Below, piece after piece: positions 48,734-59,037 of a DNA stretch of 64,000 bases. The stretch comes from a virus (Duplodnaviria > Caudoviricetes). Numbering within the stretch: the first letter of the stretch is position 1; every line of letters starts with the position of its first letter. The stretch covers positions 6,502 to 70,501 of IMG/VR virus record IMGVR_UViG_3300037067_004899, one strand, 5' to 3'. The notes beneath the pieces were generated by a model that saw nothing but the letters and a program-made list of their open reading frames with translations, made no database searches and had not been told where the DNA came from. Made by a program: the position numbers and the translations under genes.

Positions 48734-49177
48734 TTATATTGCAGGGGCAAAGATTACATAGATTGAACTGGTCGGAGAATCCGCCGTTGCAGTCTTGTAA
48801 ACTAAGAGCCCTGTACCTACCGCCGCGCCGTTAACACCTGTGCCAACTGAAGCAGTACTCAAGTTAATCTTGGAACCGGCTACCGTTGCCGCTGTTATGG
48901 CGGTTGAAATTGAAGATTTCCACACCTGGTTATCATTCACCGGTGTTACTGTCGGGTAATATGCCGCTGTTACTACGGATGATGCGGCGGAAACGTTGGA
49001 TATTGCATATACCGTGTCGGCGCTGTCTGCAAAGCAAAGGGCACCGCCCGTTACTTTCAAGGCCTGACCGTTGTATAATGCGTACCCGCTGAGTGCGGGT
49101 AATCTTTTTTCAGAGTAAAGACTGTTGCCTTCACCCTGTGCGAATTTTGCGAATTCTATCATGAAAATCCCTCCCAA
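48734..49177 (-). CDS. Capsid decoration/cement protein
   Basis: Position between scaffold and capsid; Ser/Thr/Ala-rich. Confidence 0.6.
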   Translation of the reverse strand: MGGIFMIEFAKFAQGEGNSLYSEKRLPALSGYALYNGQALKVTGGALCFADSADTVYAISNVSAASSVVTAAYYPTVTPVNDNQVWKSSISTAITAATVAGSKINLSTASVGTGVNGAAVGTGLLVYKTATADSPTSSIYVIFAPAI

Positions 49178-49200
49178 TAAAATAACGGGAGGTTGTCCCG

Positions 49201-50019
49201 TTATCTGTGGTATTTTACGTATGCCATTTTTTGTTGTAGTGGGTCTTTAACCCCTACTAGTTCGAGATTTCTCCTCACCGCTTCCGGCACGATGACGTTG
49301 TCATATTCCGCTGGTGCGTTTGCGCCGTTCACCTGTGCCGTATGTGCCGTACTCATTACTGTAGCTGTTGCCTGATTTGCACCGGATTTTCTGGCGCTTT
49401 CAACGTCCGTGTCATACCGATGTTCTTTAAGGTGACTCAGCAATGTGCGCTTGCTCTTTCCCTCATCCCATGCTTTCCATACTTCTTCAGGGATGTCCTC
49501 AGCCTTTTGAATGTCTTTAAACACTTTTTGCGCTTCTTTAAAGCTGGTGACAAGGAACCTGTCCTGACGTTCTTTTTCGGCTGCTTTAATCAACGGGTGT
49601 TCGCTTACCTTTGTGTCAATCTGTTTTGACAGCACGTCAAAGATTTTTCTTTCGTCAATAGCAGGCTTTTGAGTGCTTGCCTGCTCTGCTAGTTCCGAAT
49701 TTTCGAGGTATTCAAGATACTCGTCTACAGTTGCGAACCCTTCAGGTAAAGCTTTTTGCGCAAGCTTTTCAAACTTGGACTTGTACCCGTCATTTTCTTT
49801 CAAAAGGTTGTCTGCAAGTTCGGCTTTACGTCTTAGCTCTGCCCACGCTGCATCTGGCTTGTTACCATCAGGTATCGGGGCGGCTGATCCCGTTGTTTCG
49901 CCTGTCCCTGTGGTATCCGTATTAGCGGGGGTGACTAATTCCCCTGTGGCTCCGCCACTTGCGTCAATTTCATCCATCAACGGTATAGGAAAATATTTTA
50001 AAAACATAATTGCCTCCAA
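49201..50019 (-). CDS. Capsid scaffolding protein
   Basis: Acidic flexible N-terminus, AWAELRRKAE coiled coil, position. Confidence 0.7.
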   Translation of the reverse strand: MEAIMFLKYFPIPLMDEIDASGGATGELVTPANTDTTGTGETTGSAAPIPDGNKPDAAWAELRRKAELADNLLKENDGYKSKFEKLAQKALPEGFATVDEYLEYLENSELAEQASTQKPAIDERKIFDVLSKQIDTKVSEHPLIKAAEKERQDRFLVTSFKEAQKVFKDIQKAEDIPEEVWKAWDEGKSKRTLLSHLKEHRYDTDVESARKSGANQATATVMSTAHTAQVNGANAPAEYDNVIVPEAVRRNLELVGVKDPLQQKMAYVKYHR

Positions 50020-50218
50020 TTGAGTTTTTACCCGAATCTCACGGTTAATTTAAAAAAGCACCCTACTTGTGCTTACTGCTTTGCTTTCCCGCCATTCTGG
50101 CAAGGCTTGGAGCGTAAATCTCCGCCTTTCATAGTCTTTTGTATTGAGGACTGTTTGTCACCACCTGCGCTTCCCATGGTGAACGTGGCTTTATTCGGCA
50201 TTTTTTTACCCATATATA

Positions 50219-50752
50219 TCACCTCCTGTCCCTATAATCTTGATTCCATATTTGATTAAACATCGTTTCCTCTTCGGCTTCAGTTACTGCGCGGGATTCT
50301 TTTTCGCCCTTTTGTGAAGCTAACATATCATGTATGTATTGGGCTTTTACGCCAGGATGATCATGTACCTTTGATAGACTGCGTTCTTTTGCCCCGCCCC
50401 CAGGCCGAATAAAAGTACCCTTGTTCACAAGAATCACTTCCTATCGTAGGCAATTGCTACCGCCTGTTTGATCGCCTTTTTCTTACTTTTAGGCTTTGAC
50501 GTGCCTATCTTTCCGGATTTCTCATACTTGTTGACAAGTTCGTGTATGTTGGAACTCATGTTTTTCTTTCCAGATTTCAAAGGCATAAAATCACTTCCTT
50601 TTTACCGGTTTCATTTTCATCACGGATTTCATTGCGGCCATTTCTTCTGTTGCTACTTTCTTGGCGGCTTCCATGCGTTTCGCATCACACTTTATTTCTT
50701 CTGCACACTTAAGTGTCCTTGCATCATCCTGTGCCTGCCACTTTTTATCCAT
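50219..50752 (-). other. Three small head-module ORFs (50591-50752, 50434-50586, 50219-50437)
   Basis: MDKKWQAQDDARTL.. and MPLKSGKK..KQAVAIAY patterns familiar from podovirus head modules. Confidence 0.55.
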
Positions 50753-50770
50753 GCTTATTCCTTTTGCCAA

Positions 50771-51583
50771 TTAAATCACCTTCCATTTCGTAAAAATTTC
50801 TCCGTCCCGGTACAATGATTCATGGAGTTTCTCATAAGGTTTCAAACCTGTCTGCACGATGTCACAGCCGCCAAATCCAGCCAGTAAATCCTTGACTGAA
50901 TATTCTTTCATATCTAGCACCACAAGTCCACTCAAACCGCTTTCGGCAATGTCCAAAACGGCTTTTGATATGCTTTCCTTTGACGCACCGTAGCGAGTGG
51001 CGTTCAGGTCTGTCACTGTCAAGGGCAAGCCTTGTTCCTTTTGCTTCTGCCATATTTCCAGAACTGAACCGCTTGAACCGAAAATATTTCCGCTTCTGAC
51101 TACGATAAATTTTGTTTTAGCCTTACCACACCAGTTCACAGCGTCCAAAACCAAATGTTCCGACATTGCCTTTGAATGCCCGTAGATATTGACAGGCAGA
51201 ACGGCCTTATCGGTTGATATCTGTATGAACGTTTCAATATTGTTTTTTACAGCACATTCAAGGGCTTTTTGCACACCGACAACGTTTGTATTAAGGCAGG
51301 CGAAAGGGTTCTCGTCGCACATTTCGACCCGTTTCATTGCGGCGCAGTTTATAACGACGTCTGCGTTGGTCATAGCCATGTTAAGGCGTTCCAAATCACA
51401 TATGTCACCAATCAAATACCTCATTTGGGGTTCATATTCCTTGAACTTTTCACGCAATAAAAAAAGCCTGTATTCGTTTCTCGAATAGGCCCTTATCGTA
51501 ACATCCTGCTTGACTAATTCAGTTATCAGCGCAGTCCCCAATGTCCCACTTGCCCCAATTACCAAAATGTTTTTAAATAGCAT
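50771..51583 (-). CDS. UDP-GlcNAc 4,6-dehydratase family (PseB/LegB/CapD-like)
   Basis: GASGTLG, VINCAAMKRV, ISTDKAVLPVNIYGHSK, VRSGNIFGSSGSV. Confidence 0.92.
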   Translation of the reverse strand: MLFKNILVIGASGTLGTALITELVKQDVTIRAYSRNEYRLFLLREKFKEYEPQMRYLIGDICDLERLNMAMTNADVVINCAAMKRVEMCDENPFACLNTNVVGVQKALECAVKNNIETFIQISTDKAVLPVNIYGHSKAMSEHLVLDAVNWCGKAKTKFIVVRSGNIFGSSGSVLEIWQKQKEQGLPLTVTDLNATRYGASKESISKAVLDIAESGLSGLVVLDMKEYSVKDLLAGFGGCDIVQTGLKPYEKLHESLYRDGEIFTKWKVI

Positions 51584-53549
51584 CGCCGCCTCCTATTTTC
51601 TGCGCGATTGTATTCAACGTCTGAGCCTCAGGACTGTTTGCCTTATCGGTCTGTGCTTGAACCTGCGCCTGTTGCATCATTTGCTGTTGGTCAAACTGTT
51701 CCTGAAGAGTCTGCAAAATACTCGCGGCATTCGGGAAATTCATCTTGACCAAGAGTTTCCAGACCAGCAGGTTTTGTTCGTTTGGCGCAAGGAACCCTCC
51801 ACTAGCTAATTCTTTGACCTGTTCAATTAAAACTGACCTGTTTTTGTTCATAGCCGGTTCAGCAGAAATTTCGATATCCCAGCCTGACCAGACGGGTTTA
51901 TTGTCAACCATTTTCACCATGTCAAGTTTGTTGAACTTTCCGTATTCGGGTTTAAGTTTGGCGTCTATCCTGTACGGTCTGTCGCCGTCAGAGAAACAAA
52001 GGATATGATCACACAGTAGTTGATAGATTCTTTTGTATGCGATATTCTTTTCATTGGCCTTTATGCCGATTTTCTCCGCCGTCTGGTTGATAAGCGAATC
52101 AGTCATTTTTCCGGACTGGGACTCACCTTTGTTTATACCCTGCCAGACCGAGGTAATGCCTATCATGTACTGAAGTTGATCGGATATGAACGTATAGAAT
52201 TCCAGCGCTTCACGTCCATTATCTTTAAATTCAACCGGTAAAAAATTGTTAACATCATTTACTCCAATAACAGTCATATCGTCATTATCAATTAAGGCCG
52301 CAGCTTCTTCCTCCATTTGTTTATTGTATAGAATCTTGGTGGATCCTTTGAGAATCTTTTCTTCATGTTTGTAGACCATTTTTTTCATAGTCTGTTCAAA
52401 GTCCGCAGTCCTTTCGATGTCCGATATGCCTACAATTGATTTTGAACGTGGAATGTTATTCTGTATGACTATCGGAATGGACTTTGGTCCCTTTGGATAG
52501 TAATAGGGAACTTGTGTACCTTTGGGTATCTTGACAATTTGGATTTTCTTTTTTTCCCCGTTATCTTCGTATTCTTCTTCTTCTCCATAGTCATCCGCAA
52601 TAGTCTCAGAGTCCACAAGGACTTCATTACCCTGTTCGTCCCGTTCAAACTCCTTTTTATCCGGGTCATATTTTCGCCTGTGGTAGTATTTGGGTGTCTT
52701 TAACAAAATCAATTTATCACTGAATGCCGTCAGGCAGAGTTCGTCGTCATCGTCAAGATGCCATTTTTCAATAATGACATACTTCGTCAGCGGGTGATTC
52801 ATTTGCCGTGTCATTAAATCAACTTGCGCGTTGACGTCGTTGGTGTTGTTAACCTTTGAACCGTTTCCATCTCCTACGGTGTCGTACTTGATATCTGCGC
52901 ATAAACCGTATTCGGGGAGTTTTTTGGCAATATCACCATACTTTTTAATACAGTCCCGCAAGGTCTCGTTTTCAATATGATACATGCATTGACACTTGTT
53001 TTTATCTACGGTTCCGGCGGCCCATGCAATATTTTTGGGATGAACCTCGATAATTTCCGGCCTGCCCCTGAACCCCGGCCCCTGATAATTGGGATTCCAC
53101 AAGACTTTATAACAGGTGATACCGTGTTTTTTGACTACTCTTTCGGCGGATGAATTCACTTCGTCAAGGTCACTGTTACGTATTGTATAGTCAGCTTCAG
53201 CCTGTAGTTTTTTGACGGCGTTTTCGTCATCTTCCGCTATGGGTTTGAACACTGCCTCAGGGATATTGAGGTCAATCTGTGCCTCAATAATGGACTGAGA
53301 TATCCTTATAGGCGTACGTGCATCGTCGGAAGCCGCAGATGAATATGTATTGCCGAATACCCTGTCGCCGACGTAAATTTTTTCCTCGCGGTCAAACTTT
53401 TCGTTCCATGGTTGTTTTTCTTTGTCAGCAGCGAGATACTCGTCCATTAGTTCGGTTGCTTCCCTGACCATTTCGTCCATATCTTTTATTTCATCCATTT
53501 TCTTTTTCACCCCGCTTATGAGGTTTTTTACAGGTTTTAAAATGTCCAT
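51573..53549 (-). CDS. Portal protein (P22-like)
   Basis: 658 aa directly after terL; helical with Gln-rich C-terminus; GKSIVGISDI region. Confidence 0.8.
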   Translation of the reverse strand: MDILKPVKNLISGVKKKMDEIKDMDEMVREATELMDEYLAADKEKQPWNEKFDREEKIYVGDRVFGNTYSSAASDDARTPIRISQSIIEAQIDLNIPEAVFKPIAEDDENAVKKLQAEADYTIRNSDLDEVNSSAERVVKKHGITCYKVLWNPNYQGPGFRGRPEIIEVHPKNIAWAAGTVDKNKCQCMYHIENETLRDCIKKYGDIAKKLPEYGLCADIKYDTVGDGNGSKVNNTNDVNAQVDLMTRQMNHPLTKYVIIEKWHLDDDDELCLTAFSDKLILLKTPKYYHRRKYDPDKKEFERDEQGNEVLVDSETIADDYGEEEEYEDNGEKKKIQIVKIPKGTQVPYYYPKGPKSIPIVIQNNIPRSKSIVGISDIERTADFEQTMKKMVYKHEEKILKGSTKILYNKQMEEEAAALIDNDDMTVIGVNDVNNFLPVEFKDNGREALEFYTFISDQLQYMIGITSVWQGINKGESQSGKMTDSLINQTAEKIGIKANEKNIAYKRIYQLLCDHILCFSDGDRPYRIDAKLKPEYGKFNKLDMVKMVDNKPVWSGWDIEISAEPAMNKNRSVLIEQVKELASGGFLAPNEQNLLVWKLLVKMNFPNAASILQTLQEQFDQQQMMQQAQVQAQTDKANSPEAQTLNTIAQKIGGGDAI

Positions 53550-53564
53550 TGTTCACACCTGCTT

Positions 53565-53924
53565 TTATTCTAAAATTCGTTTTCTGACTTGAACACGATT
53601 TAAAGACTTTCCATATTGATCTAAAAACTTATTGACCGGGAATCCGATATCTCGGAACCCAAGCATCGAATAAGCCCAAACGCCATACATGAACTCGATG
53701 TCAAATGAATTTTTATATGCGTTGTCTGTGCGATAAAGCTTTTCGTCAAATGTTGCAGGAAGACCAATTAACCTTTCCGCTGCAAATTCCATCAGTTCAT
53801 CGGTGGACATTTCAATCATTGATTTACGCTTGGCTTCTGGACGTTTTGGTATATCGTGCATGGGTTTTACGGTGGGTGCAATCAAAATTTCAGGGCTTGT
53901 GTTTTTCTTAAAATCCATAATCAT
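53565..53924 (-). CDS. Hypothetical protein
   Basis: ATGA overlap with terL stop. Confidence 0.55.
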   Translation of the reverse strand: MIMDFKKNTSPEILIAPTVKPMHDIPKRPEAKRKSMIEMSTDELMEFAAERLIGLPATFDEKLYRTDNAYKNSFDIEFMYGVWAYSMLGFRDIGFPVNKFLDQYGKSLNRVQVRKRILE

Positions 53925-55651
53925 TTCCTTCCATATTTTTTTTGATAATATCGTTTCAGTTGTGGATTTTTGGTTGAATCTATCAACACACTCGGATGGG
54001 TGTATTTGTTGTTGTCCCATTTCTCGGGTTCGGGTGTGGAATAGGCGCGTTGCTGTGACCGGGCTTCATGCATGATCGCGAATGAAAGTACACAATCATC
54101 ATGGAATCCTTGTTCAGCTTCTTCTTTTCCACTATGCGCGTATATAAATGTTGTCATTTCCTGCAACGTAGCCACGTCGTTTATGAGGTAAGCTTCGTCA
54201 CGCACTATTGCCCTTGTCTTGTCTATAAGCTTCGGGCGCGTTGAAACTGTCGTAAGGAATCCGAATTTTTGCTGTCTCTTTTGAGAGATTTCGTCGTATG
54301 TTTCACGTTTGTATTGATTGTAATATCCCAAATACTGCAAGTGTTTTATAACAGTAAGTCCATGATTGTTCTGTTCGTTAGAAATAAGGGCATTATTGTA
54401 ATACCGTGCAAGTTTTATCTGTTCTTCCGCAAATCTATCCGGTTCAATGTGTGATCTTTGTGTCGCAACTTGATTTCCGGTTGTGTTGTCACAAACTTGG
54501 CTGACGCTATAGTCGCCTCCGCGTATGCCTTCAGCTGCATCTGCACCAATGCAATAAGGGCGATTAACTTTCGGGTGTTCATAAATTGTCAGCGAACCGT
54601 TTTTATCTGGTACAAATACGTACTTACCGTTAACAATATCGATGTATCCGACATCTGGCGGTTTTTTATCATATTCATTTCTTAGGTACTCAAGCCGTCT
54701 GGTTATTTTTGCCATGTCAAATACCGGCCTGCCTGATGAAAGGAAACTTTCTTCGGGACATGCGGGATATTCTTGATGAAATTGATCCAAGTCGCCTGAA
54801 CATTTATTTTTTATAGCCCATCTGCGCCATTCTAATTGGTCGTTATCAAGGTCATATTCTTTTTTGATACGTATTTCTTCGTTATCCAGTTCAAAACCGG
54901 TGTAAGGCATCCTGTAACCTTCATCATCAAACCAAGGAACAAATAATGTAATATAACTGTTTTTACCTAATACCGCATCATCCCACAGGCTTTTAAAGTA
55001 GTTCATTCCCTTTGATGTGCTTTCACAAATGACAATACTGTTCGTCTGTGGAACGGAGTTGAGCAATGACGTCATTGTTTCCTTGATGTTTCCCGGCCAT
55101 TTCGCCACCTCAGATAAATGAAGATAATTTATCGTATATGAAGAACCGGCGTTCTTGTTATCTGCTGTTTCAATTAGAAACTTACATTGCAAGCCAGGGT
55201 CATTACCTTGAGAAATAGGTTTTGATGGGTCAAATTTCGGATTTTCCAGTAACAGCCCTTTACTTAAGCTAGATCGTTTTGCTGGTTTTAAAAATTGCGG
55301 CAATTCCTGATAAAACAAATCTGACATGTTGTTTATCGTAGTCGCGCTATCCGCATCGTAACTGACTATCATTGCAACTTTGCCTAAACTAAAATGCAGT
55401 TCCTTAAAAAAAAGAGCCTCAGTGCATGTACTGAAACCCTGTTTTCTGCTTTTGCATATTATTACATATAAAGTAGGCCTTGTTTTTTCATCCGGATATT
55501 GTTCTTTCCAATCCTCCACAATCTTTACGAGTCTGTCTTGACTCTTGTTTGTTATAAATGGTTTTATCGTACTTGTTTCCCTGTCTCGTATCTTCAGACA
55601 GGTTTTAAAATACAATTTAGTACCGTTCATCAGTTTTTTCAGATCATCCAC
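53921..55651 (-). CDS. terL: Terminase large subunit
   Basis: ICKSRKQGFST Walker A, HLSEVAKW Walker B, CESTSKG, IGADAAEG, HDDCVLS nuclease aspartates. Confidence 0.93.
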   Translation of the reverse strand: MDDLKKLMNGTKLYFKTCLKIRDRETSTIKPFITNKSQDRLVKIVEDWKEQYPDEKTRPTLYVIICKSRKQGFSTCTEALFFKELHFSLGKVAMIVSYDADSATTINNMSDLFYQELPQFLKPAKRSSLSKGLLLENPKFDPSKPISQGNDPGLQCKFLIETADNKNAGSSYTINYLHLSEVAKWPGNIKETMTSLLNSVPQTNSIVICESTSKGMNYFKSLWDDAVLGKNSYITLFVPWFDDEGYRMPYTGFELDNEEIRIKKEYDLDNDQLEWRRWAIKNKCSGDLDQFHQEYPACPEESFLSSGRPVFDMAKITRRLEYLRNEYDKKPPDVGYIDIVNGKYVFVPDKNGSLTIYEHPKVNRPYCIGADAAEGIRGGDYSVSQVCDNTTGNQVATQRSHIEPDRFAEEQIKLARYYNNALISNEQNNHGLTVIKHLQYLGYYNQYKRETYDEISQKRQQKFGFLTTVSTRPKLIDKTRAIVRDEAYLINDVATLQEMTTFIYAHSGKEEAEQGFHDDCVLSFAIMHEARSQQRAYSTPEPEKWDNNKYTHPSVLIDSTKNPQLKRYYQKKYGRK

Positions 55652-55852
55652 TATTCCACCCCGATTTTAGGCACAAAAAAATAAGGCATTTTGCCTTATT
55701 TCAATATAGGAGCTTAGCCATGAATTTTAACATATTCTCACAATATTAATAATATGGTATCCTAACTGCAAAGGACTGCAAAGTTTTGAGCATAAAAAAG
55801 AAGCCTACCCAATCCGGTTAAGGACTGAATAGGCTCTCAATGAAGCTATGAA

Positions 55853-56200
55853 CTATTCTATTTCTAACTCTTTTAATGGTTCTTTTATATTTGAAAAATT
55901 TGGAGTTTGCATAAAATCAATTAAACAATGCTTGTGAATCATTGCTTCGCCTGGCAATTTAAAATATTTGTCTGTAGGGTATAAATTATTGCCGCATTGA
56001 ACGCAAACTCCTTTTTTAACGTTTTCCAACTGTTTTAATGCATCCTGTATCTTGTTCACGAGGTCTTGTGCGTTTGTATTGCTGAAAAAGTACACCTTTT
56101 CACGCTTTTTACTGGCACACTGTTCCGTTATGCCAATTATAATATCATTGCTGAGGCTTGATATTGATACGCGTACATCATCATTTGCCATTTTCAACAC
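55853..56200 (-). CDS. Hypothetical protein
   Basis: CVQCG..IHKHC. Confidence 0.55.
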   Translation of the reverse strand: MLKMANDDVRVSISSLSNDIIIGITEQCASKKREKVYFFSNTNAQDLVNKIQDALKQLENVKKGVCVQCGNNLYPTDKYFKLPGEAMIHKHCLIDFMQTPNFSNIKEPLKELEIE

Positions 56201-56292
56201 TCTCCTTTTTGGTGTTCATTTCCCCACGTCGGGGCATTTTATTTCAATGATGGTTTTCTTCTTTTTCAAATTTATTATTTCTTTTCGTCCTT

Positions 56293-56784
56293 TCACTCTT
56301 TATAGTTTTGCGCTAACTTTTCCAGCGCGATATCCCGTATGTTGTAGCAGTTCCTTTCGCTATTATTGGTTTTTAAGGCTACTGTGAGCCATTCGTAACC
56401 CTTTATATATCTGTGGTAGATTATGTTGTATTCGTTCTTGTCCAAGCATTTAAGAGCATCATACATGTCTGTTTCCGCCTGATTATAGAGTTTGATCTGA
56501 GCGCAGTAATAGTCGAGGTGTACCTGGTATTCATCGATGATTTTCTGAACGGCTTGATATACAATATCGCGCATTTCCGTTCCGTGTGGCATACCGTCAA
56601 AATTAGGCACTTTTAGCGTATTGACAGCGTTTTGCTTGAATTGCTGCGTTTCCCTCAGTTTTATTTCAATTTCACGCCGTCTTTCCGGTATATTGGAATA
56701 TTCAATCAGCAATCTTTCCATGTGCAGTAATTTCAACCGTATCACCTCACGTTCTTCTGAAAACTGGTTTTTCGCAATGTCCAT
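56293..56784 (-). CDS. ArpU/RinA-family transcriptional activator
   Basis: ALKCLDKNEYNIIYHRYIKGYEWLTVALKTNNSERNCYNIRDIALEKL sigma-4-like HTH. Confidence 0.8.
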   Translation of the reverse strand: MDIAKNQFSEEREVIRLKLLHMERLLIEYSNIPERRREIEIKLRETQQFKQNAVNTLKVPNFDGMPHGTEMRDIVYQAVQKIIDEYQVHLDYYCAQIKLYNQAETDMYDALKCLDKNEYNIIYHRYIKGYEWLTVALKTNNSERNCYNIRDIALEKLAQNYKE

Positions 56785-58114
56785 TTATCAAACTTTCCTT
56801 TACGTAGTTATTATTCAATGCCGCCTTGCAAGCCATTAGTGCTATTTCTACGGCTTCTATTGTGCGGTTAACCTCTTTATCTGTATGTGATGCACTAGGG
56901 GCTATATATGGCATTAAAATCCCTTCTTGGATCATAACTTGGTCGAACAAGGTTTTCAGCGCCATGCTTGAAAATGAAATTGACGGATTTGCGCCCTCTA
57001 TTATCCCTATACTTTCATTGCCGTGGCATTTTATTTTTATGTGTTGGCTTAGATATGTTCCATCAGATAATTGTGTATTGTATTTTAATATAGTTTCATT
57101 TATCCCCCGCACAATAAAACGCCCTATTTGGTTAATGCAATCCACCGCATCTTTAGGGTAATCGTTGTAGCCATTATAAAATTCTGTTTTCTGCAATTCT
57201 TTCACGCAGGCAATTGCCGCAGCTATGTCAGGCGTGTTGGAAAAATAAGTCCCGGACAGCAGGAAGACATTGCCTTTATCGCGTAACCCAAGATCAAATA
57301 ACTCTTTTTTTCCGCACAGGGCAGATACAGCATATCCATTCCCCATAGCCTTGCCAAGCGTACAAAGGTCTGGATTTACGCCGTATAATCCTTGAACGCC
57401 ACCTATTCCGTACCGGAAACCGGATATTACCTCGTCAAGTATCATGATTATGCCGTATTTATCGCATATGTTGCGGATATGCTGAAGTTTTTCGCGGGTT
57501 ATGTCTACTGTGGAGGGGTCAAGGACAATGGCGGCAGGTCGATATGCTTTGCATAACCATTCAATTTGTGTTATTTCATATTTATTATTCGGACTAAAAT
57601 ATATTTCACGAGGGTGCGTTATGTCCGTTAGCGTATTATATGAATAGTGCTCAACTGTTTCGGAGTCTTCGCAGGGTATGCCACCATCCACAAGGGTAGT
57701 TCCAATGAAAAAGTCTGCCGTTGATATAAACGGGTTTTCCTTTGCAATAAGCACTAAATCCCTGCCCGTGTAAGCCCTAGCCAACTTTACGGCGGCATGT
57801 GTTACGTCCGAACCATTCTTCCCAAGTTTGACCTCTTCAGCACAAGGGATAATCGACTTTAGCAGTTCTTTTAATTCCCCCTCATACGGATTTGACCGCG
57901 TAAAGCACACCCCGTTATCTATCGCTTTCTTTGCGGCGTCATCCACAGGTTTATATGCGTAGCCAAGTATACAGGCGCGTAAAGCCATTCCCCAATCAAT
58001 GAATTCGCGTCCATCCTCTGCTGTCACGTGGCAGCCGGATCCTTTTACGAACGTGTCCGGACAATTTGAGCTAAAACAATCATCTGAACGGCTGTATGTT
58101 GCGTAATGTTTCAT
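56747..58114 (-). CDS. Class III PLP aminotransferase (GSA-aminomutase-like, sugar-cluster type)
   Basis: GREFIDW..ILGY, KNGSD..AAVKLARAYTGR, ILDEVISGFR, TLGKAMGNG. Confidence 0.9.
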   Translation of the reverse strand: MKHYATYSRSDDCFSSNCPDTFVKGSGCHVTAEDGREFIDWGMALRACILGYAYKPVDDAAKKAIDNGVCFTRSNPYEGELKELLKSIIPCAEEVKLGKNGSDVTHAAVKLARAYTGRDLVLIAKENPFISTADFFIGTTLVDGGIPCEDSETVEHYSYNTLTDITHPREIYFSPNNKYEITQIEWLCKAYRPAAIVLDPSTVDITREKLQHIRNICDKYGIIMILDEVISGFRYGIGGVQGLYGVNPDLCTLGKAMGNGYAVSALCGKKELFDLGLRDKGNVFLLSGTYFSNTPDIAAAIACVKELQKTEFYNGYNDYPKDAVDCINQIGRFIVRGINETILKYNTQLSDGTYLSQHIKIKCHGNESIGIIEGANPSISFSSMALKTLFDQVMIQEGILMPYIAPSASHTDKEVNRTIEAVEIALMACKAALNNNYVKESLINGHCEKPVFRRT

Positions 58115-58135
58115 TTGTGACCTCCTAAAATTAAA

Positions 58136-58627
58136 TCAAAGATAGAGAGTTGACTAATTTATACTAATCTTTCAATGGTCTGGCCTTTGTCGTTCATCAA
58201 AAAACATTTCTGGTTTGTCACAAGCACTATTGAGTCGTATTCCGAATGTTCTTCGACATACAGTAAAACAATAGCCGCATATGCCCCACTTGTGGCAATT
58301 TCGTAGTCGATTAAGTCTTCCGTGTGTACCTTATTGCCCCAGTTTTCCTTATTATTTGTTGCAATAATGAAAACCTTGTTCGTGTATGCAACATCGGCTG
58401 GAAGTTCTTCTCCGCACGTGTAACTCGCTATGTCTTTTTCTCCGTTTCCGGGATTACAATTGTCCTGATACTCAGGACTCTCATTGTATTTCTTGACAAG
58501 TTCATCACAGTTTATGGATTGATTTCCAACCTGTCTTATATTGTCGATAAAGCCCCATACATCATCTTTTAAATATTTTACTATCATACTATCAACCTCT
58601 CTTTTCTTTCTAACTCTCTATCTTTGA
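58136..58627. repeat. Perfect 16-bp inverted repeat bracketing one gene
   Basis: TCAAAGATAGAGAGTT at 58136-58151; its reverse complement at 58612-58627. Confidence 0.85.
58159..58587 (-). CDS. Hypothetical protein
   Basis: C-terminal FLMNDKGQTIERL. Confidence 0.65.
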   Translation of the reverse strand: MIVKYLKDDVWGFIDNIRQVGNQSINCDELVKKYNESPEYQDNCNPGNGEKDIASYTCGEELPADVAYTNKVFIIATNNKENWGNKVHTEDLIDYEIATSGAYAAIVLLYVEEHSEYDSIVLVTNQKCFLMNDKGQTIERLV

Positions 58628-58680
58628 AAATTGGCATTAAAAAAGCAGCCTGTTAAGCTGCTAGGTTCTTTGTCTATGCA

Positions 58681-59037
58681 TTATTTGTGTCTGCCGTTTA
58701 TGTGACGTGTATAAGCAGACGTGCCATAGCAATCAATTCCACAAATTTCGCATTTTATTATTCTGTATCTTAATTTTTGATTCTGTTTTTGATTCTGTTT
58801 TTTAAATGCAGTAATTTCCTTATTTGTTTTAGGTTTCAACTTTTTTATGATATTATTTAATAGTGTTACTTGCTTTTGGGTTTCCAACATTGTATTTTGG
58901 TTGATTTGGTGCACTTGCTTAAGTTCTTTTAAATATGATTTTAAATCGCATATATCGCATTGTTCTATTTCATCAATGCCCAATTGTTTTATTAAGATGC
59001 AGTTTTCGTATATGCACACACTATTACATTTACTCAT
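58681..59037 (-). CDS. Cys-rich protein with C2H2-like finger
   Basis: CEICGIDCYGTSAYTRHINGRH. Confidence 0.55.
   Translation of the reverse strand: MSKCNSVCIYENCILIKQLGIDEIEQCDICDLKSYLKELKQVHQINQNTMLETQKQVTLLNNIIKKLKPKTNKEITAFKKQNQKQNQKLRYRIIKCEICGIDCYGTSAYTRHINGRHK

Noticed and set aside
56747-58114. HemL for tetrapyrrole synthesis
   Set aside because: No other hem genes; context matches the class III aminotransferases found in nonulosonate clusters
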